Source of the DNA: a virus
DNA: 64,000 bases
Strand: one strand, 5' to 3'
Virus record (IMG/VR): IMGVR_UViG_3300021431_000125
Shown here piece after piece: positions 29,620 to 38,459 of this stretch. Below the pieces are notes generated by a model. The model ran no database searches and was not told the DNA's origin. It saw only the letters and a program-made list of their open reading frames with translations. The translations under genes were made by a program, and so were the position numbers. Positions within the stretch are counted from its first letter, which is position 1, and every line of letters starts with the position of its first letter.

Positions 29620-30434
29620 ATTTAAAAATTTAATTCAATTTCACTTCCGCTGTATGTGTCATAGGCTTCATACACTTCCTTCCCTCGCCAGTCATATGTG
29701 TCCCAGTCTTCCATTTCCATGTTTTTCACAATCTTACTGATTTCCTTTGACAGTTCAGCATCGGTAACGTCATCGGAACACGGGATTTCCACAGTAGTGA
29801 ACAGTTTTTTTACAATATTGATTTCCATATTATTAACTTAAAAATTTTTCTCTAAATGGACTGTTGTCCAAAGTATGGTTACTCTATCAATCCTGCATTG
29901 TCCGTTAACAATAAACTTGTCGTTAAAATATACACTCAGCCTTTCCACCACCTCATCACGCGTATATTCATGTTTGTCAAAATAAAAGGTGCATTCCTCA
30001 TTGTTGTCTTTATTGCTATAGAACGACAAGCCGTCTTCATGGTCAGAATACGGGAAAACCTTGAACAACCCTTTTACACCTTCAATTGCGTCATGTAAAC
30101 TAATTTCGTGCATTATGCTAAATTTTCAGTATTCTCAAACAAATTGCTTCTTATCCTGCCTTTGACTCGACCGTTCACTTCTGTCAGCCAGTCCGAATAT
30201 GTTTTGGCAGTTGTGTACCAGTAGTCAATCACATTGCAGAATTCATATCGCGGATTGATTTCCGAAGTCTTGTCTGAATAGGCATACTGGTCACCGACAA
30301 TGTCAAGTATTGTGATTTTGTGCCCTTCACAATTAACCAGGATATCTCCCTTTTCATATAATGGGTTATAAAAGCCGTCCATGTTATTCTCTATAATAAC
30401 CTTTTTGGTTTAATTTTTCATTTAAGCCGTTAGT

Positions 30435-30452
30435 TATAATATACAAAAATTT
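30435..30452 (-). promoter_or_regulatory. class-II extended -10-like element
   Basis: mRNA sense AAAATTTTTGTATATTAT, ~50 nt before ATG 30382. Confidence 0.35.
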
Positions 30453-30455
30453 TCG

Positions 30456-31250
30456 TTATTCAACGGGTTTTGGACAAAGTTTCACCAACTCGCTTCTCAA
30501 ATTGTTGAATTTTTCCTGGTACTTCTCCTTATAATAGTCCCATGTGGGGGTTTCAGCATTTTTTATTTCCCACCACAAATCGTTGGCGCATGAATAATCG
30601 TATATCTTGCCAGTCTGTGCAATCTGTATTGCAAACATGTAGATGCGCATTGAGTGCCACAGCGATTTTTGTCCAATCCTTAAATCATAGTCTTTTTCAA
30701 CAGTCAGCTTTTTCTTGGCTTTTACCCACGAATTACTGCAGACAGCCGATACCGATTCACGCAGTTTCCATTTGTCAAGTTTGAAATACTCCTGGTACAT
30801 GCCTTTCGAATCACCTTTCAGGGTCGGTGAAAAAATACACTCCAAGGCGGCTATATCGTGTTTTTCAATTTGTGCAATGAAGTCTTTTTCACACACAAAC
30901 TGATAGTCTACGTTGGCAAATTTATCTTTATATTCGAAAATATGTCTTGGATATTGCGACAGCAAATTATAAAAACTGTCGGGTACCACCACTAAAAAGT
31001 CAGTATCTGAAACGCCTTTTTCATAAGTACCATATACACGAGACCCACGGGCAACAGCGAACAAATATGTGGCGCTTTCAAGCTCATTGACCAATTCTGT
31101 TTCATATTTGTCAACATATTCATCCAGAATACTTTTCAATACTGGAGTGACGTAACTGTTTTCATGTATATAAGGGCTTGCTGCATTTTTGTTATACAAT
31201 TCCCTTAGGACATCTACCTGTTCCTTCAAGATTTCATATTTGTTTTTCAT
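30456..31250 (-). CDS. predicted nucleotidyltransferase (Pol-beta superfamily; COG3541/pfam10127-like)
   Basis: LFAVARGSRVYGTYEKGVSDTDFLVVV = hG[GS]x9-13DhD NTase signature plus helical C-domain. Confidence 0.6.
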   Translation of the reverse strand: MKNKYEILKEQVDVLRELYNKNAASPYIHENSYVTPVLKSILDEYVDKYETELVNELESATYLFAVARGSRVYGTYEKGVSDTDFLVVVPDSFYNLLSQYPRHIFEYKDKFANVDYQFVCEKDFIAQIEKHDIAALECIFSPTLKGDSKGMYQEYFKLDKWKLRESVSAVCSNSWVKAKKKLTVEKDYDLRIGQKSLWHSMRIYMFAIQIAQTGKIYDYSCANDLWWEIKNAETPTWDYYKEKYQEKFNNLRSELVKLCPKPVE

Positions 31251-31289
31251 GATAATATAACCAATTTCCGCCTGTTTTTTCCTGAAAAT

Positions 31290-31592
31290 TCAAAGATTGT
31301 TAACCATCCAGTCGTGAAGTTTCTCGTTCAGCCGTTTTTCCTCGTCAGTTAAGTTTCCGTTTTTGTCTGGATAATGGTAATGGGTGTAATAGTAAAGCTT
31401 GTTAAACAGCTTTTCACACTGTTTTTTGTCTTCTTTGGTTATGATATGGTATATAATACTGGAAACCAAAGCGTGACATTTAACCTTTTTGGCAAGTGTC
31501 TTCTGACTAACAGCCGTAAAATCATAAGCGCCACCCAATCGGTTGGTCAAGTCATAAAGCTTCCATAGCATTTCAGTCTGCCATTTTGTCAT
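31290..31592 (-). CDS. hypothetical protein
   Basis: ORF track. Confidence 0.45.
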   Translation of the reverse strand: MTKWQTEMLWKLYDLTNRLGGAYDFTAVSQKTLAKKVKCHALVSSIIYHIITKEDKKQCEKLFNKLYYYTHYHYPDKNGNLTDEEKRLNEKLHDWMVNNL

Positions 31593-31616
31593 ATGTTCGC
31601 GTTGTATGATTTGATT

Positions 31617-32336
31617 TCATAGTTCAATATCTTCTCGGCAAGGTTTTTCAAGCTTCCCCAATTCGTTAGTAACCACATCCTTGAACGTTAATACATTTTC
31701 ACCTTTGTCTTTCATTTCCTTGTATTTAACTCCAAGGTCAAAAGATGAACAAGCGTAGTGTTCAAGCATATCAGCTAACTTACCCTTGAATACCATCAAT
31801 CTATGATAATCATTTCTGCCTCTGTATTTATCCTCATTAATGAGTGTGTCAACATCAAGATTCTTCCACATTTTCATTTTAGAAAATATTTCATCAATAG
31901 ACCAGTTATATTCAATAGGCTGCATTATCAATGTATACTCTTTGTGAATCCTATCCTTGATTTCATTAAACACATCACCCTCATAGTCAAGATTTCTGAC
32001 CTGCATCATCTTCTCGCCATTCCAAGTACCATCTAAAGCTGCATTTAATTCAATATTACGAGCAGCGGCTTTTTTATTTTTGGCTGTATTACCCAATGCC
32101 GTGATAAGTTCCTTGGCAAATTGGTCGAACAAATCAAACGCAAACTTCACAGCTTCAGCCTTTGGAAGCACGGTTTTGTCGTTATAGATTTCCTCATTCT
32201 TATCTTTTTCAGCCTGCTCATAGGCTTTAATATAGATATAACGATAGAATTTTTCCTGGTCTTCTAAATTAATAAAACTAGGATTTATTTTATCCTCAGG
32301 AAACTCTTCCAATGCTCTTTGTTCTGATTTTTTCAT
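31617..32336 (-). CDS. hypothetical protein
   Basis: ORF track. Confidence 0.5.
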   Translation of the reverse strand: MKKSEQRALEEFPEDKINPSFINLEDQEKFYRYIYIKAYEQAEKDKNEEIYNDKTVLPKAEAVKFAFDLFDQFAKELITALGNTAKNKKAAARNIELNAALDGTWNGEKMMQVRNLDYEGDVFNEIKDRIHKEYTLIMQPIEYNWSIDEIFSKMKMWKNLDVDTLINEDKYRGRNDYHRLMVFKGKLADMLEHYACSSFDLGVKYKEMKDKGENVLTFKDVVTNELGKLEKPCREDIEL

Positions 32337-32354
32337 TATATTTCAAATTATATG

Positions 32355-32756
32355 TTAAAACAAATTTTCAAGACAATACTTTATGGCTGCTTCGCAGGCT
32401 TGTTCTTTTTTATCTTTATTATCATTCAATCTTATTTCCGTACAAGGAATTGATAACTTAAAAATAATAGCGGAATAAGTCCATTTACTATTATCAAATT
32501 GCGGAGGAGCAATTATATCAAGATTATGAACTTCCCTCAACCACTTCATTGCCATTTGGAGAGTTGGGGCAGAATAATTTCTAACGCCCATATTTTTATA
32601 CCAATCCTCCCAATGAGAGTTTGTATAACCTGGGTCTAATCCCAAGTCGAATCCAAAGTGTGTTTCGTAATATCTATTGTTACACGGCTCATCAAACCCT
32701 TTCTCTTTCAACAGTTTTGCTGTATTATATGATACATAATCCTCAAATAAATCCAT
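32355..32756 (-). CDS. paralog family A member (LKEKGF / KWLREVH / EAAIKYCL family)
   Basis: YVSYNTAKLLKEKGF...LQMAMKWLREVHNL...EQACEAAIKYCLENLF. Confidence 0.55.
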   Translation of the reverse strand: MDLFEDYVSYNTAKLLKEKGFDEPCNNRYYETHFGFDLGLDPGYTNSHWEDWYKNMGVRNYSAPTLQMAMKWLREVHNLDIIAPPQFDNSKWTYSAIIFKLSIPCTEIRLNDNKDKKEQACEAAIKYCLENLF

Positions 32757-32962
32757 ATCAAATCATGTTAAGTGATTTTATATATTCATCCCATTCCTTA
32801 TTCCTTTTTTCTCGAATAACTCTAGTGTCCTTATGCCATTGGAGAAGCTTTGGACAGTTCATGTGGTAGTGTTTCTCGCAATGGTCGACACAAGCCATAT
32901 CAGTCCAAACCCGTTCGGTACAAGTACCGTTGCGGCAAGGCATTGAGTCCTGGATTTGCTTA

Positions 32963-33385
32963 TCAACGTCTTTGAAAAACTCTTGATACTCTCTGTTCTC
33001 TCGTTTTATTTTTTTTGTCTCTTGCGATTTCTGCTTTCCTAAAATTGTCGTCTAAAACATCTTTCATGTTGTATTTCAGCCAAAAAGGGTCAAGACTCGG
33101 TGGAACATCTTCAAAAGTTTCATCTGAACTGTCACCCTCGTCTTCCGCTTCAACAAGTTCCATTTTGCCCCAATCAGTATTTGCATGTTCAATATAACGG
33201 AGAAAATCTTCAACCGCATCCATAAATCCAAACGAAACTGTACTGTATCCATCTCCGTTTACACTGTTTGTGGCTTTGATGTCCCAAATCTGTCCTTCAA
33301 AACCGTTGTTTCCAATTTCAATTTCAACGTTCATGTCATAACGGTACAGACACAAAATAAGCTTAAAGTAATCTTTACTGGTCAT
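32963..33385 (-). CDS. hypothetical acidic protein
   Basis: ORF track. Confidence 0.5.
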   Translation of the reverse strand: MTSKDYFKLILCLYRYDMNVEIEIGNNGFEGQIWDIKATNSVNGDGYSTVSFGFMDAVEDFLRYIEHANTDWGKMELVEAEDEGDSSDETFEDVPPSLDPFWLKYNMKDVLDDNFRKAEIARDKKNKTREQRVSRVFQRR

Positions 33386-33695
33386 CTTCTTTTTTCTTTT
33401 TCAAATAATCAAAATCCAAAGTCTCGCCAATTCAAAATTAGCGTATACTTCTTTGCACATACTTAAATTTTATATATTTTAAAAAACAATCCAGTCAGTG
33501 ATTTTTATGTCTTGTACATATAAACCGTTTACACCGTCATGGCTTTTAATGAACTCCGCTAGTTCTTTGGCTTTATCCTCCGAACTGCATATACTGTTAA
33601 GTTCATGTGAACCGTTAGTGTAAATGGTTTCCACCGTCCATACAATGCCGATTTTGTTCCCTACTTCATTTTCCATCCCGAAGTTTTTATTCTTT

Positions 33696-34055
33696 TCAAA
33701 CATTTTTGGTCAAGGGTGTATTGTAATTAAGGCGCCTGATATTCTCCAAATCTTCTGGAGGTATTTCGTTTCTCAGTTTTACATAAAAATCTTCCATAGC
33801 CTGTTCCGACTGGAAACAAACCAGAGCATCCATAACTTCATCAAAACAATGCACAATGCCAGCCTCAGTCAATTCTCTGTCAGCAATGCCGATTTCGTTA
33901 TTAGACCATTCAAATGTCCACAAATTGCAACTGTGATTAGTCTTCAGTTTATCTTTAATCAAGGAAATTCTTTCGTCCTTTTTCAGATTAAAATGGTCTT
34001 CCCTTCCATCGGACTTACCGATATACTCTTTTAACCTATCAGTATATGATGACAT
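33696..34055 (-). CDS. hypothetical protein
   Basis: ORF track. Confidence 0.45.
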   Translation of the reverse strand: MSSYTDRLKEYIGKSDGREDHFNLKKDERISLIKDKLKTNHSCNLWTFEWSNNEIGIADRELTEAGIVHCFDEVMDALVCFQSEQAMEDFYVKLRNEIPPEDLENIRRLNYNTPLTKNV

Positions 34056-34060
34056 ACAGC

Positions 34061-34999
34061 TTACTTTATGTTCTCAATCATTTCGATATTATCCATGTAC
34101 CACTTGTGGAAATTGTGGTATTCAACATCACCGACTTCATTAACCACATTACGAAGGTCATCGTAGTCACAATGCTTGATTTTGACAATGATGCGGTTAC
34201 CGTGCGGGTCTTTGATTGGGATGACTGGTCTTGCAACAATGCCTTCTTCGATAAAATCAGGATTGTCAACATTAGGAACCTTGGTTTTGAAGCCTTCAAT
34301 CACCATTTTCTCAGCCTCCTCGATAGTCATTTGACCAAGATAAGGGACAACATCCAAACCGAGATTGCCACAGTATTCGTCCAACATATTGATTGGAATC
34401 CACCAACCCTGCTGGTAGATATCAAATACACTGAAACGGTTATTCTCCTTGTCATAGTTGCCGCCGCATTTCTGGATTTTCTTTCCGAAAAACTCGCCAT
34501 AGATGTATACAGGAACCTCTTCCAGCTGTACACCATAGAAATTGCCGTTCACTTTGAAGTCAACCTCATTGATGTTTGCGATAGGTTCACCACACTCAGC
34601 CCAATAATACTGAATCTGGTTTTTGCCATTCAGAACTGGGGTGAAACGGGCACTCTCTGGCGGAAACATTTCAGTCAGGATTGGTTTGATTCGTTCAATA
34701 ACCTGGTCAAGCATGGCTTTCTGACCCGTTCCGACAATATCGGCGTTATCAGTCTTGCCGCCACAGAAACATTCGCCTGTTGATGGAAGATAGATAATTT
34801 TCGAATTCGTACCGTCAATCTTTGAGAAACAGTCGAATTTCAAATCCTTGATATACTCCATGTAATCGTCGGAGAAACAACCCATTATAATTTTGTTTTG
34901 GAATTTAGCCCAAATCTTGTTCGGAAGTTCCACCTTGTTAAGGTTTTTGTAACGACGGTACAAGGTGTTGATTTTAGTATAAGTTAATGTCTTTTGCAT
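34061..34999 (-). CDS. Rnl2-family ATP-dependent RNA ligase (covalent nucleotidyltransferase superfamily)
   Basis: motif I FSKIDGTN (KxDG), III IYGEFFG, IV EGIVARP, V IIVKIKH in correct order and spacing. Confidence 0.75.
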   Translation of the reverse strand: MQKTLTYTKINTLYRRYKNLNKVELPNKIWAKFQNKIIMGCFSDDYMEYIKDLKFDCFSKIDGTNSKIIYLPSTGECFCGGKTDNADIVGTGQKAMLDQVIERIKPILTEMFPPESARFTPVLNGKNQIQYYWAECGEPIANINEVDFKVNGNFYGVQLEEVPVYIYGEFFGKKIQKCGGNYDKENNRFSVFDIYQQGWWIPINMLDEYCGNLGLDVVPYLGQMTIEEAEKMVIEGFKTKVPNVDNPDFIEEGIVARPVIPIKDPHGNRIIVKIKHCDYDDLRNVVNEVGDVEYHNFHKWYMDNIEMIENIK

Positions 35000-35052
35000 A
35001 ATTAAATTGTTTTGGTGTATAAATGAAATTGTATGATTTTTTCTTTGAACAA

Positions 35053-35826
35053 CTATGCTTTTACTTTGAAAAGCTTTTCAACCGCTTTCTTGGTGTTGGT
35101 GGGGTTCATCGCATTGGTAACCTCCTTGCTCCATATGCACTCGAACCTGTCTTCTGGCATTTCATATTCCGAAACCAGTACAGTGTGCCCCTTTCTTGTC
35201 ATGTCCACACACCAATCATAAAAACGGTCATAGTCAAATCCCCTGGAGAACTGGTATTCCTTGGTGTTCCGATAAGGCGGGTCGCAATATATCAGTGAAT
35301 TGGGCGGAATCTCGATATCGTAATAATCCCCGCTTTGCCATTGCACATCCTGAAGATATGGAACCTGTTTCATTGTGTTGGCGATATTCTCCCTGATGTA
35401 GTCACGTTCCTTGCCGTTTGAGCCCATCACTTTGTGTCCAGAATACCCTCCATCGAAGAAACGACCGTTGAAGGAAGCCATATACCCAACCCAGCCGATA
35501 AGGTCGTCACTGTATTTTCCGTCCTCTACAAAAGTCTTTACCATATCCAGAAACTTCAGGTCGGTTTTTCCGTTGAAACAGTTACGCACATCGGAATAGA
35601 AATCCTTCACTATCTCAGTAGGCATTTTTTTGCCCGCTGTAAGCGATTTCCACATGGCTATAAGGTATTTGTTCTTGTCCGATGCAATACGCGGTTCTGG
35701 GACGTGCTGAAGCACCGAACAGCTGCCACAAAACGGCTCAACATACCGCTGCCCTGGCTTGCGATAGCTCATGATTATAGGCAGAATATCCTTAACAATT
35801 CGGTTTTTGTTACCTTGATATTTCAT
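35053..35826 (-). CDS. second Dam-family (D12 class) N6-adenine DNA methyltransferase
   Basis: YQGNKNR, EPFCGSCSV (motif I), IYCDPPY (motif IV). Confidence 0.8.
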   Translation of the reverse strand: MKYQGNKNRIVKDILPIIMSYRKPGQRYVEPFCGSCSVLQHVPEPRIASDKNKYLIAMWKSLTAGKKMPTEIVKDFYSDVRNCFNGKTDLKFLDMVKTFVEDGKYSDDLIGWVGYMASFNGRFFDGGYSGHKVMGSNGKERDYIRENIANTMKQVPYLQDVQWQSGDYYDIEIPPNSLIYCDPPYRNTKEYQFSRGFDYDRFYDWCVDMTRKGHTVLVSEYEMPEDRFECIWSKEVTNAMNPTNTKKAVEKLFKVKA

Positions 35827-36017
35827 TATTCTCTTTTTTTGTTTTATACACTTCTTTGCATAAATCGTCTATTTTCCCGCAAAGTGCCGATAAAGGCTCA
35901 TATGACGTGCAATAAAGTTTCCCGCTCAAAATTATGTGCCCAAGCAAGACGGTTTCCTGACGTGTCAGTTCAAGCACATAGTTTTCGCTGTCTTTTGTAT
36001 TGGAACACATGGTTTTT

Positions 36018-36308
36018 TTAAATTTCAGTGCTGTCATCTTCATACTGTTCATGAAGCCAGATGAGGAAATCATATCTTCCACCGAAAGTGTCCGTCTCTG
36101 GCCACCAGTGGTCATGTTCCTCAAGGGCGCCGAATTCAAGCGCGTTGTCGAGAGTAAACTTTGGGAACACGTCGCGCGGGTCTTTGCCGATATACTCCTT
36201 AACATAAGGGGTCAAAGTGAATTTGTTGCTGTGCCTCTGGGCATACTTCTTGTAATTGTCAACCAGAATGTTGATGGCTTCTCGTCTTGTCATTTTCTTG
36301 TTTTCCAT
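36018..36308 (-). CDS. hypothetical protein
   Basis: ORF track; overlapping 35810-36205 long form judged spurious except short C-terminal ORF. Confidence 0.45.
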   Translation of the reverse strand: MENKKMTRREAINILVDNYKKYAQRHSNKFTLTPYVKEYIGKDPRDVFPKFTLDNALEFGALEEHDHWWPETDTFGGRYDFLIWLHEQYEDDSTEI

Positions 36309-36438
36309 TTTTATTTGTTGTTTTTACTGTTTACATTAAGACTGGAGTCACGGATGAAGTCAAAATCTTCAAGCATCTCTTGAGAACAAGTGTACTTTTC
36401 CATTTCGTTTCAGTTTAAATTATGGTTTATGTTTACTG

Positions 36439-36450
36439 TTAATATACAAC
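36439..36450 (-). promoter_or_regulatory. class-II extended -10-like element
   Basis: mRNA sense GTTGTATATTAA, ~35 nt before small ORF ATG 36393. Confidence 0.35.
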
Positions 36451-36462
36451 TTTTTTTGAAGA

Positions 36463-36488
36463 TATAACCGAAAACATTCGGTTTTTTC
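36463..36488 (-). promoter_or_regulatory. class-I promoter-like element just downstream of terminator hairpin
   Basis: TATAACC-N12-TTTTTTC. Confidence 0.55.
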
Positions 36489-36494
36489 AACAAA

Positions 36495-36521
36495 AATGGA
36501 GGGAATTTTTTCAACCCTCCA
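36495..36521 (-). terminator. factor-independent terminator of gene 36511-37452
   Basis: GGAGGG (36498-36503) / CCCTCC (36515-36520) stem, 11-nt loop, followed on minus strand by ATTTTTGTTG; overlaps stop codon. Confidence 0.55.
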
Positions 36522-37452
36522 GTTTTATGTATTTTGAAAATATACCTTCAGACACTTGTTTATATTGCTGTTCTTTCCTTTTTGCGACATTCCTTTCAAA
36601 TTTCTTATATTGGCTGTTTCTTCCAACCAAATGATTATGATATTGCGGGAAATTGGATATACACCATTGTACAAGAAACCCCAGGGTTTCAAATTCAACT
36701 AATCTTCTACCTGTTATTTCACTATCAACATACCACATTTTCGTTTCATCATCCTGAAATAAGAATATCAAATTTCTGGCACTGGGACCATAAAAAATAA
36801 CTTGATATTGTTGGTCTCCCCAATGGTATATTTGTATACCGCTGGCTTGGAATAATACCGCACAATCGCCATATCCACTCTTTTCAGCAACACTGGCATC
36901 GTCGGCATCAAAAGCAAAATCATACCCCGCACCATACTTGTAGTTTGTTGTACCAATACCTGGGGTATAAGCTAAATTGTCTATATCGACACCATAACTA
37001 AATCCCTCTTTATACAGTCCAGGTATATTGCTGCTACTAGTCATATGAACAAGCCATTCGTTATGTACTTCTCTTCTAAAATCAGCTGCACAGAATAAAG
37101 GTACTTCAGTGTCACCATGATAGCTTACATATTGAATGAAATCCTCACAAAATGGCTTTAAATCAGTCTTGAAATATTCAGATAACGCTTCTGCCATTTC
37201 ATAATCATCCCATTGGAGTATATCTTCAGGAACTTTATCTTGTTCAACCATCTGTTCAATCGTTTCATAAGCATTTTTGTTGTTTTCCAGATAATCACGG
37301 AACAGCCATGGTAGTTTGCAAGCGCATTCCCACGCTTTTTCAGCATCGTCCATGGCAAGAAATTTCTTCAATGGAACCATGTAGTCTTTGTCTAGATATT
37401 CGTTCAACGCCTTTTTTACAATACTGGCTATGTGTTTTTCGTTGATATTCAT
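36511..37452 (-). CDS. hypothetical protein (313 aa), first gene of leftward unit from the divergent control region
   Basis: ORF track; followed by terminator hairpin. Confidence 0.55.
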   Translation of the reverse strand: MNINEKHIASIVKKALNEYLDKDYMVPLKKFLAMDDAEKAWECACKLPWLFRDYLENNKNAYETIEQMVEQDKVPEDILQWDDYEMAEALSEYFKTDLKPFCEDFIQYVSYHGDTEVPLFCAADFRREVHNEWLVHMTSSSNIPGLYKEGFSYGVDIDNLAYTPGIGTTNYKYGAGYDFAFDADDASVAEKSGYGDCAVLFQASGIQIYHWGDQQYQVIFYGPSARNLIFLFQDDETKMWYVDSEITGRRLVEFETLGFLVQWCISNFPQYHNHLVGRNSQYKKFERNVAKRKEQQYKQVSEGIFSKYIKLEG

Positions 37453-37470
37453 AATAAAGAGTCACTAAAG

Positions 37471-37489
37471 TCAAATATACAATAAATAG
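37471..37489 (-). promoter_or_regulatory. putative leftward promoter of divergent region (TGTATATTTGA)
   Basis: ~25 nt upstream of ATG 37452. Confidence 0.3.
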
Positions 37490-37510
37490 TCGAGTCTGTG
37501 CAAAAAATTT

Positions 37511-37622
37511 CGCTTTAGAAGGTCCTTAAACTTAAGGATGAAAAAGAAAATATAAAAATTAAATTTATATTTTCTTTTTTACTTACACCTAAAGTATATT
37601 ATAATATAAGGGACCTTTAGCG
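37511..37622. promoter_or_regulatory. nested inverted repeats in divergent intergenic region (possible operator/bidirectional control region)
   Basis: outer arms CGCTTTAGAAGGTCC (37511-37525) / GGACCTTTAGCG (37611-37622); CCTTAAACTTAAGG palindrome (37524-37537); inner 16/17-bp arms AAAAAGAAAATATAAA (37541-37556) / TTTATATTTTCTTTTTT (37564-37580). Confidence 0.45.
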
Positions 37623-37650
37623 TACACACGCACGTTTTATATTTAGCCAC

Positions 37651-37664
37651 TATTTATATTAAAA
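37651..37664 (+). promoter_or_regulatory. putative rightward promoter of plus-strand island (TATTTATATTAAAA)
   Basis: -10-like TATATTAA 22 nt upstream of ATG 37678. Confidence 0.35.
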
Positions 37665-37677
37665 TACTTGCATACAA

Positions 37678-38457
37678 ATGGACAACGAAAAAAACACGAT
37701 ACTTAGCGAGGTTTACAAATACTACACAAACACCAGGAACTACCTTAACGAAAGCCTCAATGAAGACGGATATTGTGTCACTGTCGACGACCAAATGTTC
37801 AATGACATACTTGACATGATAAACACAGGCACGTATAGTGAAACAGAGCCAGGGCATATTCTCATTCCAACCGAAGGCGGTTATACGCTCCATATCACAC
37901 CGAACGGTGGCATATACCTTGACGATGAAAGAGGCAATGAAATGGAAGTCAGCATTGACCAGCAGAAACTTAACCAAATAATGAACACCATTGGTTCAAG
38001 GGAATACAAACAAGTTTCTGAAAACAGGAACAACCCGTTCACCAACGTGGAACAAGACCCTGAATCTGGGTTCATCAAATTTACCAAAAAGGACAACGTT
38101 TCTGACGACGATGCCAAAAAAGCGATGAGAACGGCAGTCAACAAATCCAAAGAAAGACACGATGCCAAGCGTCAGGAAACAACCCCGTCTTCAATAAAAG
38201 ACAAGAGAAACGACCCAGAATACATGGGAAAAGTCCACGGCTATTGGAACAAAAGGCGCGACAACATGGCAGAGCCCCACGGATATGGCACAAGCGGCAC
38301 TCTGTCAATGTTCAAGGAAAGTACAGACGAAGCCGACATGTATGACCCAGCAGCGGACAAGCCAGACACGACAGTCTACCCACCAAAAGGTCTCGGCATC
38401 AACGAAGCCAGACTAAACAAAATCATATCAAGAATAATCAAAAACAAATTCAGATAA
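37678..38457 (+). CDS. plus-strand island protein 1 (259 aa, charged/low-complexity, C-terminal GINEARLNKII motif)
   Basis: only plus-strand coding run in window; TATATTAA -10-like element 22 nt upstream. Confidence 0.6.
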   Translation: MDNEKNTILSEVYKYYTNTRNYLNESLNEDGYCVTVDDQMFNDILDMINTGTYSETEPGHILIPTEGGYTLHITPNGGIYLDDERGNEMEVSIDQQKLNQIMNTIGSREYKQVSENRNNPFTNVEQDPESGFIKFTKKDNVSDDDAKKAMRTAVNKSKERHDAKRQETTPSSIKDKRNDPEYMGKVHGYWNKRRDNMAEPHGYGTSGTLSMFKESTDEADMYDPAADKPDTTVYPPKGLGINEARLNKIISRIIKNKFR

Positions 38458-38459
38458 AA

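Noticed and set aside
35810-36205. 131-aa track ORF
   Set aside because: Its N-terminal two thirds (Ser/Thr/Leu-rich) overlap the better-supported gene 36018-36308 in another frame. Only the C-terminal ~66 aa (35810-36007) plausibly codes.
36309-36510. tRNA or tmRNA genes in the few intergenic gaps (36309-36510, 37453-37677, 39138-39224, 58858-58943)
   Set aside because: Gaps are short and AT-rich, with no GTTCRANYC T-loop, no acceptor-stem symmetry and no CCA-proximal structure. They contain promoter elements, a small ORF, palindromes or a terminator instead.
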